A stretch of DNA of 64,000 nt. It comes from Malacoraja senta (lineage: Eukaryota). Of the stretch, positions 27,601 through 38,858 are shown piece after piece. The stretch lies in NCBI GenBank assembly GCA_038087875.1, contig CM075995.1, positions 4,032,001-4,096,000 on the forward strand, read 5' to 3'. The notes under the pieces were generated by a model. It made no database searches and was not told the origin of the DNA. It was given only the letters and a program-made list of their open reading frames with translations. The first letter of the stretch is position 1. Every line of letters starts with the position of its first letter. The position numbers were made by a program, and so were the translations under genes.

Positions 27601-28351
27601 CATCGGGCCAAGGCTCCGGGATATATCTCGGGCACCGGCTCTACACAACCTGAGCCGCCTTTCTGAGATGATCAGCATACCGTTTCGTGATACGAAGAGA
27701 CGCACACTGTATCGGATGTTCCTGCACATTCTGCACCTCCTTGCCTTTGTTTCCCGTCCTGACACACCTTGGAGGACGGTGTTACCACCTGAAGGCGAGG
27801 GAGGTCCCTGGTGGGGGTCCTTCTATAAGGGAGTTGTCCCCCTTTATATTGGGGACCTGGGGTGGAGACTGTTGCACGGAGCGGTGGTTTGTAATATACT
27901 TTTGAGTAGGTTCACGGGATCGTCCGCCGCGTGTATTTTCTGTGGCAAGGAAGAAACCGTGTTCCACGTATACATGGAGTGTGCGAGGCTACTGCCCCTG
28001 TACCAATATCTGAAGGGGTTGTTCCTCAAGTTCTGGTTGCATTTTAGTCCCACGATTCTAGTGTGTGGGCATAAGGCAGGGTGTGGGGAGAGCGAAGTGG
28101 GGGGGTGGGACCTCCCTGTTGGTTTGCTCCTGGGCCTGGTTAAGATGGCCATTCGTGGGTCCAGGCAGCGGGCGGTCGATGGTGAGGCTAGAGTTGGCTG
28201 CCTGCCCCTCTTCCGGGCGTACGTCCGTGCACGGGTGTCCCTGGAGCGGGAACATGCGGTGTCCACGGGGACTCTGGAGGCCTTCCGTGGGCGCTGGTCA
28301 CCACGTGGGGTTGAGAGTATAGTAAATAATGAATGTACTGTTGTACTATAA
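24650..28351 (+). pseudogene. Tx1 ORF2 (APE-RT-zinc finger), frameshifted
   Basis: ATLNLNG, FLQETH, NVYAP, GGDFNC, SRIDR, SDH; KSPGLDGLTVEF, KNWRPVSLL, LDQEKAFDRV, GVRQGCP, AYADDV; CIFCGKEETVFHVYMEC. Confidence 0.92.
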
Positions 28352-28944
28352 TGATTTGTTTTGATATAATGTATCTTTTGATTATGTATTGATGTGTTGT
28401 ATCATTGATTGTGTCGAATAAAATTTTGAAACTTTTTTTTTAAAAGAGAGAGAACATTAATTTGTTAACCCTGTTCTCAGACTGACTCTTCAAAGAGGTG
28501 ATTTTGGTGTTCATGGTGTTACAAAAGTTGTTGATGTATAACAAGATATAAATGTGTCTGCATGTTGTGCCCAGGAGCCTCTGGATGCACTTTTATCGAT
28601 ATAGTCAAGCTGTGCTGCAACTTCCCTGATACACTTCGTGCAAGCCAACTAAAAGCACAAAAATCAATTAGCGTAAATCCCAAGTGCTCCTACTTAAAGA
28701 ACTTTTTGTTCTATTTTGCTAAATTTGGATTCATATATTCTTGATTTCCCTCATGCTGCTTTCTCTGTATTACACCTTGGCATTTTGTTCTCCAACCTCT
28801 ACAACCCAGGTTAAAACATAGACAACATTGATCTAAGGGTGGGCCGTTGTCTTTAGTGAGATTCTATGTCAACTTATCATTATCTCCAGTTGGGAACAGA
28901 AGAACAATGGTTGAGAGCTTCAAGTAAAAAGTTAAGAGCCTCAA

Positions 28945-29425
28945 GTTCCTTGGTATCAGGATCGACAAACTCATCAGGAAGGCTGGCTCCGTCCTGGGGG
29001 TGGAGTTGGATTCATGGGAGGTGGTCTTGGAGGGGAGGATGCTCCTCAAACTGCGAAGCATCTTGGACAATACAGCTCACCCCCTCCATGACACACACTG
29101 GTCAACCTGAGGAGTACCTTCAGCAACAGACTGGTTACAACAAGATGCAGTACAGAACGCCACAGGAGATCCTTCTTCCCTGTGGCTATCAAACTGTACA
29201 ACTCCTCCCCCTTCTGTCATGGGGTAGACTGAGATTGACTCCACCCCCCCCCCCCGCTCCCCCATCTCCTCAATTTTCGCACATCCCCAAAGTCTTTCCA
29301 CTTGTCACTTTAATTTCATGTTTCATGTATTTTGTGTTTTTTTATGACTGTTGACAGATTAAATTCCGTCCTGAAATAAATAGTTCTATCGTATCGTATC
29401 GCATCATATCGCATTGTATCGTATT
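28945..29425 (+). mobile_element. Rex1-like LINE 3' tail fragment (related copies on the minus strand at 9135-9530 and 32135-32575)
   Basis: Shared LRSILDNTAHPLH..SFFPVA and (ATCGT)n tail. Confidence 0.7.
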
Positions 29426-29479
29426 AATATTACCAACATGTTGTGTACCAACCACATTGATGTGATAGCCAAGAAGGCA

Positions 29480-30608
29480 TACATAGATACATAGAAAATA
29501 GGTGCAGGAGTAGGCCATTCAGCCCTTCGAGCCTGCACCGCCATTCAATATTATCATGGCTGATCATCCAACTCAGTATCCTGTACCTGCCTTCTCTCCA
29601 TACCCCCTGATCCCTTTAGCCACAAGGGCCACATCTAACTCCCTCTTAAATATAGCCAATGAACTGGCCTCAACTACCCTCTGTGGCAGAGAATTCCAGA
29701 GATTCACCACTCTCTGTGTGAAAAACTTTTTCCTCATCTCGGTCTTAAAGGATTTCCCCCTTATCCTTAAACTGTGACCCCTTGTCCTGGACTTCCCCAA
29801 ATCTGGAACAATCTTCCTGCATCTAGCCTGTCCAACCCCATAAGAATTTTGTACGTTTCTATAAGATCCCCTCTCAATCTCCTAAATTCTAGCGAGTATA
29901 AGCCAAGTCTATCCAGTCTTTCTTCATATGAAAGTCCTGACATCCCAGGAATCAGTCTGGTGAACCTTCTCTGCACTCCCTCTATGGCTATAATGTCCTT
30001 CCTCAGATTAGGAGACCAAAACTCTACGCAATACTCCAGGTGTGGTCTCACCAAGACCCTGTACAACTGCAGTAGAACCTCCCTGCTCCTATACTCAAAT
30101 CCTTTTGCTATGAAAGCTAACATACCATTCGCTTTCTTCACTGCCTGCTGCACCTGCATGCCTACTTTCAATGACTGGTGTACCATGACACCCAGGTCTC
30201 GCTGCATCTCCCCATTTCCTAATCGGCCACCATTTAGATAATAGTCTGCTTTCCTGTTTTTGCCACCAAAGTGGATAACCTCACATTTATCCACATTATA
30301 CTGCATCTGCCAAACATTTGCCCACTCACCCAGCCTATCCAAGTCACCTTGCAGTCTCCTAGCATCCTCCTCACAGCTAACACTGCCCCCCAGCTTAGTG
30401 TCATCCGCAAACTTGGAGATGTTGCCTTCAATTCCCTCATCCAGCTCATTAATATAAATTGTAAATAGCTGGGGTCCCAGCACTGAGCCTTGCGGTACCC
30501 CACTAGTCACTGCCTGCCATTGTGAAAAGGACCCGTTTACTCCTACTCTTTGCTTCCTGTTTGCCAGCCAGTTCTCTATCCACATCAATACTGAACCCCC
30601 AATACCAC
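29480..30608 (-). mobile_element. CR1 LINE, 5'-truncated
   Basis: GVPQGSVLGP, FADDTK, RPHLEYC and C-terminal motifs; (TATG) tail. Confidence 0.93.
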
Positions 30609-30641
30609 TGCTTCTACTTCCTGACGAAACTGAGGAAAAAG

Positions 30642-30958
30642 GGGCCGCACTGTGACGCAGCGGTAGAGTTGCTGCCTTACAGTGCCAGAGACCCGGGTTC
30701 AATCCTGACTACAGGTGCTGCCTGTATGGAATTTGTACGTTCTCCTTGTGATCGCGTGGGTTTTAGCCGAGTGCTCCCATTTCCTCCCACATTTCAAAGA
30801 TGTACAGGTTTGTAAGTCAATTGGCATCGGTAAAAATTGTAAATTGTCCCCTGCAGGATAGCACTAGTGTAGGGGGTGGACACTGGTCGGCTCGGACACT
30901 GTGGGCCAAAGGGCTTGTTTCTGTGGCATATCTCTGAAGTCGAAAGTCGAAAGTCTGA
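30642..30958 (+). mobile_element. HE1-like SINE
   Basis: Head, core and (GAAAGTC) tail. Confidence 0.8.
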
Positions 30959-31124
30959 ATTCAGCATGTCTGCAATGTCTTTTATAGCCTTCTGCAGATG
31001 TACCATAGAAAGCAAACTGTTGGGTTGCATCACAGCTTGGTTTGGGAACAGCTCTGACAACAAGCAATTGCAGAAAGTTGTGGATGTAACTCAGTCCATC
31101 ATGCACAGACAAAATCTCTACAAT

Positions 31125-32020
31125 CCGCACTGTGGTGGTGGGCCTGATCTCCAATAACGATGAGAAGGCCTACTGGGAGGAGGTGGCTGATCTGGCACTC
31201 TGGTGTCAGGACAACAGCCTCCTCTTGAATATCAAACAAAATAAGGAGCTGATCATGGACTTTAGGAGGGCACAACATCCAAGGACGTACACACCATTGA
31301 AGATAAATAGGGATACTGTGGATAGGGTGAGCTGTTTTAAATACCTGGGAATCCACATCTCAGAGGATCTGACATGGACATCACACGCTGCAGCACTGGT
31401 GAGTAAGGCAAGGCAGCGCCTTTACTACCTCAGGCAATTGAGGAAATTCAGAGTGTCTCTGAGGATCCTCCAGTGCTTCTACTCAGCGGCTGTGGAAAGC
31501 ATCTTGTCCAGAAACATCATGATTTGGTTTGGGAACTGCTCTGCCCAGGACAAGAAGGCTTTGCAGAGAGTGGTGCGTTCGGCCGAACGCACTATGGGAA
31601 CTACACTCGCCCCCCTGCAGGAACTATACATCAGAAGTTGCAACTCCAGAGCCAATAAGATCATGGGAGACCCCTTCCACCCCTGCAACGGACTGTTCCA
31701 GCTGCTACGGTCAGGCAAACGCCTCCGTTGCCATACTGTGAAAACGGAGAGGATGAGAAGGAGTTTCTTCCCTGAGGCCATTAGGACTGTAAACTCCTAT
31801 CTCACCAGGGACTAACTTACTGGACCATACTACTGTTGTGTGATGTCTTTTTAAAATTGCTCTTTTTTTCTTTTTTTCCTCCCACAAATACGTAATATGT
31901 GAATATGTGTTTCTGTTCCATTCTGTTTTGTAGGGGGGTTTTGCACAATCCGCGAGCATTGCCACTTTTCATATCACTGCACATCTCGTATGTGTATGTG
32001 ACGAATAAACTTGACTTGAC
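31125..32020 (+). mobile_element. Rex1/Babar-type LINE 3' fragment
   Basis: ORF 31132-31815: VVGLISNNDE..WCQDNSLLLN..KYLGIHI..KARQRLYYLRQL..SFFPEAIR; AATAAA followed by a (CTTGA) tail. Confidence 0.8.
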
Positions 32021-33369
32021 AACATTGACTCCATCTAAACTTCACAATGCCTCAGAAATGCAGTCAACATAATCAAAGATGTCCCACACCAGTCATTCCT
32101 TCTTCTCCCAGCTCCCATCGGATAAAAGATATGATACAATACGATACGATACGATATCACTTTATTTATCCCAGGAGGGAAATTGATCTGCCAACAGTCA
32201 TAAATCACAAAATACGTGAAACGTGAAATTAAAGTGACGAGTGGAAAGGATTGAGGATTTGCAAAGATTTGGGGGGAGGGGTGGTTGGGGGGGGGGGGGA
32301 TTGGGTGGGAGGGTTTGGGGGAGGGGGGTTTGGGGTTTGGGGGGTGGGAGGGAAATCAGTCTCCATCTACCCCACAACAGAAGAGGGAGGAGTTGTACAG
32401 TTTGACAGCCACAGGGAAGAAGGATGCCCTGTGGCATTCTGTCCTGCATCTTGGTGGAACCAGTCTGTTGCTGAAGGTGCTCCTCAGGTTGACCAGTGTG
32501 TCATGGAGGGGGTGAGCAGTATTGTCCAGGATGCTCCGCAGTTTGAGGAGCATCCTCCCCTCCAAGACCACCTCCAAAGATTACAAAAGCTTGAAAGCAT
32601 GCACCACCAGACTCAGTAATAGCTACACCCCCTCTGTTATCAAGCTTTTGAACAGTCTCTCCATAAGCTAGTACTGTCCAATTCGTATCTACCTCATTGC
32701 GGACATCGGACTTTGTACGAGGAGGTGTATTGCTACAATATTGAGAATTATATTCTTCTGTCTGTATTTTCCCCTTTGCTCTACCTATTGTTTTTAAGTT
32801 TGACGTGGTTGCATTTATGTATATTATTTTCTGATCGGAATGGAGAACGTGAAAAACAAAGGTTTTCACTGTACCTTGGTAAATTTGACAATAATAAGCC
32901 TAAACCTGAATCTAAAGATGACCATGTTGGTATTCTCAGGCAGAATTCAGTCAAAAACATCGACTATCTCAATATCAGGTACTTCCTTTACTGATTATGG
33001 AACAAATTGTTGTGCCGCTCTGATATTCCTTTTTCATAAGACCATGACATAGCATCAGAATTAGGCCATTCTGCCCATCGAGTCTACTTCACCATTCAAT
33101 CGTGGCTGATCAATATTTGCCTCTCTCCTCCACCGCCTTCTTCCCGTGAGGGAGATTGATAGGATTCTTCAGGTCGAGATCTATATCTGATTCTTCAAGA
33201 TGGCGGCCGTTACTCTCCGTTAAGTACTACACCTCAGTGCATTGGATTACGCAGGAGTGGAGTATCTTACTCCGCTCCATGATCTTTGCTGCCAAGGGCA
33301 GGTATTATAACGATATTTAAAATATATTGGGACAGGTACGTGGATAGGAAAGTTTTAGAGGGACTTAGA

Positions 33370-33726
33370 CGGTGGCACAGTGGCGCACGGAGGAGGGGCG
33401 GCATGGTGGCGCAGCTGTAGAGTTGCTGCCTTACAGCGCTTGCGGCATCGGAGATCCGGGTTCATTCCCAGATCAATGGGTGCTTGTCTGTACGGAGTTT
33501 GTACGCTCTCCCCGTGACTGCGTGGGTTTTCTCCGAGATCTTCAGTTTCATCCCACACTCCAAAGACGTACAAGTATGTAGGTTTATTGGCTTAGTATGA
33601 GTGTAAATTATCCCAAGTGTGTGCAGGATAGTGTTAATGTGCGGGGGTCGCTGGTCGGCGCGGACTCGATGGGCCGAAGGGCCTGTTTCCACGCTGTATC
33701 TCTAAACTAAACTAAACTAGACTAAA
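33370..33726 (+). mobile_element. tRNA-derived SINE (HE1/V-SINE-like)
   Basis: A box TGGCGCAGCTGTAG, B box GGGTTCATTCC, conserved core GTACGGAGTTTGTACG..CCCCGTGAC, (AAACT)n tail. Confidence 0.85.
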
Positions 33727-35349
33727 GGTGGGCAGGTGGGACTAGCTTAGATGGGGCATCTTGGTCAGCATGGACAAGTTAGCTCGAAGGACCTGTTTCT
33801 GTGCTGAATGACTCTACGACGATATGACTATAATTGCCTTGATACCACTGCAGAAACCTTCTCTGGCAACAATTTTTTTTAATGAATATACTGTAATCTA
33901 TTTGCTATTGTAGAACCATGGTTTCAAGGAGACAAAGATTTGAAATTAAATATTCCAGAACAAAATAGTCAAGGGAGTTTAATTGGCATATGTAGCAAAA
34001 CAGAACAATGAAAATCTTACTTGCAGCAGCACAACCAGCTTGTAAACACTGTATTCTTATAGATAGCACAATAAACAAACAAAAAACACTTCAATAAATA
34101 TTAAAACCCAATACGGTGCAAAACAAAATAAGCCCAAAGTCCCAAGTGCAAACAAGAGCATTCGTAGTTTGTAGTTTGTGTTTGTCATGTTCAAGAGCCT
34201 GATGGTTTTTGGAAAGAAATTGTTGCTGAACTTGGAGGTCATGGTCTTCTGATTTCTATACCGTCTTCCCGATGGTAGGAGTGAAATGAGAGCATGGCCA
34301 GGGTAGTGTGGGTCCTTGATGATGCTGGTTTGTAATCTCCTTTGTTCCTGGGTGTTCGAGTTGCTGAACCAAGCCACGATGCAAGCAGTTAACATGGTCA
34401 CGTGTACCGAGGTACAGGCAAAATGTTTTGTTGCACGCTAACCAGCCAGCGGAGAGACAATACATGATTACAATCGAGCCATTCGCAGTGTAGAGATACA
34501 TGATAAGGGAATTAGTGCAAGATAAAGCCAGTAAAGTCCGATTAAAGATAGTCCGAGTGCCCCCGGTGAGGTAGACAGCAGTTCTTCTTCTCTTCTTGCG
34601 CTTGAGGCAGCACAGGTTATGTAACGCCCTCCAGGCGCTGTAGCCAGTTCAATGTGCCGTTGTCGAGGGCCATGAGGTCTACCCCTCCACCAGGGGGGCG
34701 GAGGACAGTGAATTGCGGAGGTCGTGTAGTTCACGGCTGCTCTCTGGTTGTGGTAGAATAGTTCAGTTGCCTGATAACAGCCGGGGAGAAACTGTCCCTG
34801 AATCAGTCAATATGCTCTCTTCCGTACACCTGTAGAAGTTCACGAGAGTATCTTTTGACATACCAAATCTCCTCAATCTTCTAAGGAGGTAGAGGCGTTG
34901 GTGAGGTTTCTTCACTATTGCATCAATGTGTTGGGACCAGGACAGATCTTCAGAGATTACGCATGCCCTGGAACTTTAAGTTGTTGACTCTGTCCACCAA
35001 TGGCCGACGATGAAGACAGGTTTATGGATCCTCAGCTTATCTCTATATTCCCAGCTGTTATCAGGCAACTGAACCATCCTATCATCCTGACCTACCAACT
35101 ACCTCATTGGAGCCCCTCAGACCATCATTAATTGAACTTTACTGGAATTTATAGGGCACTGAATGTTATTCCCTTTGTACTGTATCTGTACACTGTAGAT
35201 GGTTTGATTGTAATCATGTACTGTATAATCTTTCTACTGACTGGACAACACGCAACAAAAAAGATTTTAACATGACCTAAACTAAACTAAACATAATATA
35301 GAAAAAAGAAAGGCCATCCACTTTGTAATAAAAGTAGAGATTGAACGGA

Positions 35350-35850
35350 ACTGATGTTGTCAAGCTAGAAAGGGTACAGATAAAATTTACGAAGATGTTG
35401 CCAGGACTTGAGGGTCTGAGCTATAGGGAGAGGTTGAGTAGGCTGGGACACTATGCCTTGGCCCACAGGAGGATGAGGGGAAATCTTATAGTGTATAAAA
35501 TCATGAAAGGAATAGATCGGGTAGATACAGAGAGTCTCTGGCCCAGATGAATTGAGGACCAGAGGACTTACGTTTAAGTTGAAGGGAAAAGATTTAATAG
35601 GAATCTGAGGGGTAACTTTTTCATACAAAGGGTGGTGATTGTATGTAACAAGCTGCCAGTGGAGGTAGTTGAGGCTGGGACAATCCCAACATTTAAGAAA
35701 CAGTTAGACAGGTACATGGATAGGACACGTTTGGAGGGATATGGACCAAGCGCAGGCAAGTGGATCTAGTGTTGCTGGGACATGTTGGCCGGTGTGGGCA
35801 AGTTGGGCTGCAGGGCCTGTTTCCACACTGTATCACTCTATGACTCTAAC
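35350..35850 (+). mobile_element. CR1 LINE 3' fragment
   Basis: LERVQIKFTKMLPGL..YRERL; (ACTCTATG) tail. Confidence 0.8.
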
Positions 35851-36013
35851 TACTATCAGGGGGCTGGGTGACCATCCAAATGAATCACTCTGATGTACTG
35901 GCCCCAGATCTAGAACACACAACTTCTGGCATATCCATTTTTGGAAGGAATGAGATTGTTATTTTGAAAAGTAGATGAGTTCCTAAATATTTTTACAAAT
36001 ATATTTCATTGCA

Positions 36014-36315
36014 TTGTTTTGTTTTGTTTAGTTCAGAGATACAGCATGGAAACAGGCCCTTTGGCCCATCGAATCCGCACCGACCAGCGATCCCCACACA
36101 CTAATACCATCCTACACACACATGGGACAATTTACATTTATACCAAGTCAATTAACCTATATCCCTGTAGGACTGTGGGAGGAAACCGAAGATCTCGGAG
36201 AAACCCATGCAGGTCACGGGGCGAATGTGCAAACTCCATACAGACAAGCACCCGTAGTCAGCATCGAACCCGGGTCTAAGGCAGTAGCTCTACCGCTACG
36301 CCACCGTGCTGCCCC
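36014..36315 (-). mobile_element. HE1-like SINE (deleted duplicate at 39005-39187)
   Basis: Head, core and tail. Confidence 0.8.
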
Positions 36316-38658
36316 CAAAAACATTGTAATTAGATTTAATGGCATGTAATAATTGTGACACATTTCTCCATGGGGGTAACATCTGGCTTCCCAAGAAAAA
36401 GTATGGAAGCTAAAATTGTCACAGAGGCATTTTATGAGTTTGAGTTCCGTTCCTTTCCTTTCCTTCCTTGGGAGAGAATGCCTTTTAATTCTTAGTTCCA
36501 TCTAAACTATTTAATTCCAATTTATGTAAAAAATGCAATGTCTGAAATTAAGATGTTAATAAGTGACATTTTGCTTGTGTGGAAACTGCTGTAAATACCA
36601 CTTGATTACACTGCTCTTGAATTATTCAGCGTTTTTAATAACCCTCGCAGCTTATCATTCCTATAGCCTGGTATTTCCATCCTTTTTTAATTAGCTATCA
36701 CCGCCATATTGATACGTCTGACAGCTTTGTCATGATTATAATGCTAATATTTTAGCAAATTTTATTATTTCAGTTATGGGACCTGCAGATGTCGTTTGGT
36801 GATGTGGTTACTCTGGTCCAGAAAAAATCAACCCAGTCGAGCCGAGTTATGCATTGCTCAGACCGCCCATTCATTTCTACAGTCACTGCATTCTGTCATA
36901 CAAAGCACACCCTATTAATGATTTCCCAGCCACTGTCTGTTAACAAGCCAGGGCATTTTGCTAATGATCAAACTCACCAAGAAGGGCTTTATTGACACTG
37001 TCAGAACTACTTGCTGTCTCAGCGGTAATACCAAACAGCTGTACAGAATGCATAATCTCTGATGTGCATCTGCGTCTGCATATTAAACAGAACACACCAA
37101 ATTAAATGAAGGGATATAGGAGGCAGAGAAGCAACCTTTTCTGCTATTTACATCTTGGTTTTTTTTGCTGGATATTCACCCATGAGGAAGGGAGGGAGGG
37201 AGGGAGAGGGAGGGAGAGGGAAGTATTATGAATGTGAGCCTGATACAACACGCTGGCATACAGTTTGCAGTGTGTCCATGTTTGCTCTTGTTAACAGATC
37301 ATAAGGTTGTAATTGATAGTAGAATTAGGCCATTCGGCTCATCAAGTCGACTCTGCCATTCAATCATGCCTGATCTATCTCTCCCTCCTAACCCCATTCT
37401 CCTGCCTTCTCACCATAACCTGACTCTTGTACTAATCAAGAATCTACCAATCTCTGCTTTAAAAATATCCACTCACTTGGCCTCCACAGCCTTCTGCGGC
37501 AAAGAATTCCACAGATTCACCACCGTCTGACTAAAGAAATTGCTCCTCATCTCCTTCCTAAAAGAACGTCCTTTAATTCTGAGGCTATGACTTTTAATCC
37601 TAGACTCTCCCACTAGTGGAAACATCCTTGATCCTAGTGGCAGGAGTTGAGAGGGATAGATAGATCTGAAACGGCGGAGTAGGTTCGATGGCACACATGA
37701 CCTAATTCTGCTCCTATGACTAATGAACTTATAAAAACACAGATACTCAAGTGGTGGGTTTAAATTAATTGTATGTGAACAGTACAAGCTGAGTAGATCA
37801 CATCCTCAAAGAACTGGTATAATTAGAGAAGAATCTTCCAATGCAAATTGGATATCCCTACGCACACACATATTTTACATCTTCCCATTGTGTGCTTAAC
37901 AGTTAGTATGGGTGGCTGGTAATAATCTACTTAATTTCCACTTGTCACTTGCTTTCATTATCACCTTCACTTCTCCTCAGCATGTTTCGCCCAAGAGCAT
38001 GTATCTTAACACATTTTGTTGACAACTATAAACCTGTCAGGCAAGGAGGCCAATTATTATTGACAACTTCACACTGAGGCGATGTGCAAGGCAAGGTCTT
38101 TTGCACAGAGAGCGGTGAGTGCTGCCAGGAGTGTCTTGGAGAGCAGGAGACTAAGAACTGTATAAGATCTTGAGGGGAATAGATAGGGTAAATGCACAGA
38201 GTATTTTACCCAGATCAGGGGAATCAAGAATCAGAGGACATAGGTTCAAGGTGAAGGGGGGGGGGGGGGAGTGGGAATTTAATAGGGGATTCATTTAAAT
38301 GGAATTGGGGCAACTTTTTCACACGGAGCGTGGTGGGCATACAGAACAAGCTGCCAGAGCAGATAGTTGACGCAGGTACTATAACATGTAAAAGAGATTT
38401 GAAGAGGTAGATGGATAGGAAAGATTTAGTCTGAAGAAGGGTCTCGACCCAAAACATCACCCATTCCTTCTCTCCAGAGATGCTGCCTGTCCCGTTGAGT
38501 TACTCCAGCTTTTTGTGTCTATCAGGGTTATAACAAGGCTAGGTGGGACTTGTGTAGATGGGGAATCTTGGTCAGCATGGGAAAATTGGGGCTAAGGGCC
38601 TGTTTCCATGCTGTATGACTATAACTCTATGATCTGCAGGGAATGGAGAGATATGCAT

Positions 38659-38858
38659 NNNNNNNNNNNNNNNNNNNNNNNNNNNNNNNNNNNNNNNNNN
38701 NNNNNNNNNNNNNNNNNNNNNNNNNNNNNNNNNNNNNNNNNNNNNNNNNNNNNNNNNNNNNNNNNNNNNNNNNNNNNNNNNNNNNNNNNNNNNNNNNNNN
38801 NNNNNNNNNNNNNNNNNNNNNNNNNNNNNNNNNNNNNNNNNNNNNNNNNNNNNNNNNN
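38659..38858. other. Assembly gap (200 N)
   Basis: Run of N. Confidence 1.

Larger units (their letters stand above)
21742..28445 (+). mobile_element. Near full-length Tx1-clade (L1-related) non-LTR retrotransposon
   Basis: 5' UTR; ORF1 with CHACGEFGHLRKEC knuckle; ORF2 with APE endonuclease, RT and C-terminal CX2C...HX4C; AATAAA and an A/T-rich tail. Confidence 0.92.

Noticed and set aside
33370..33470. tRNA-like A/B boxes as a tRNA gene
   Set aside because: They form the head of a SINE repeated many times in the window
36789..36995. 68-aa ORF present twice (also 39658-39864) as a host gene
   Set aside because: No recognisable domain or clear exon boundaries; the second copy is part of the probable false duplication
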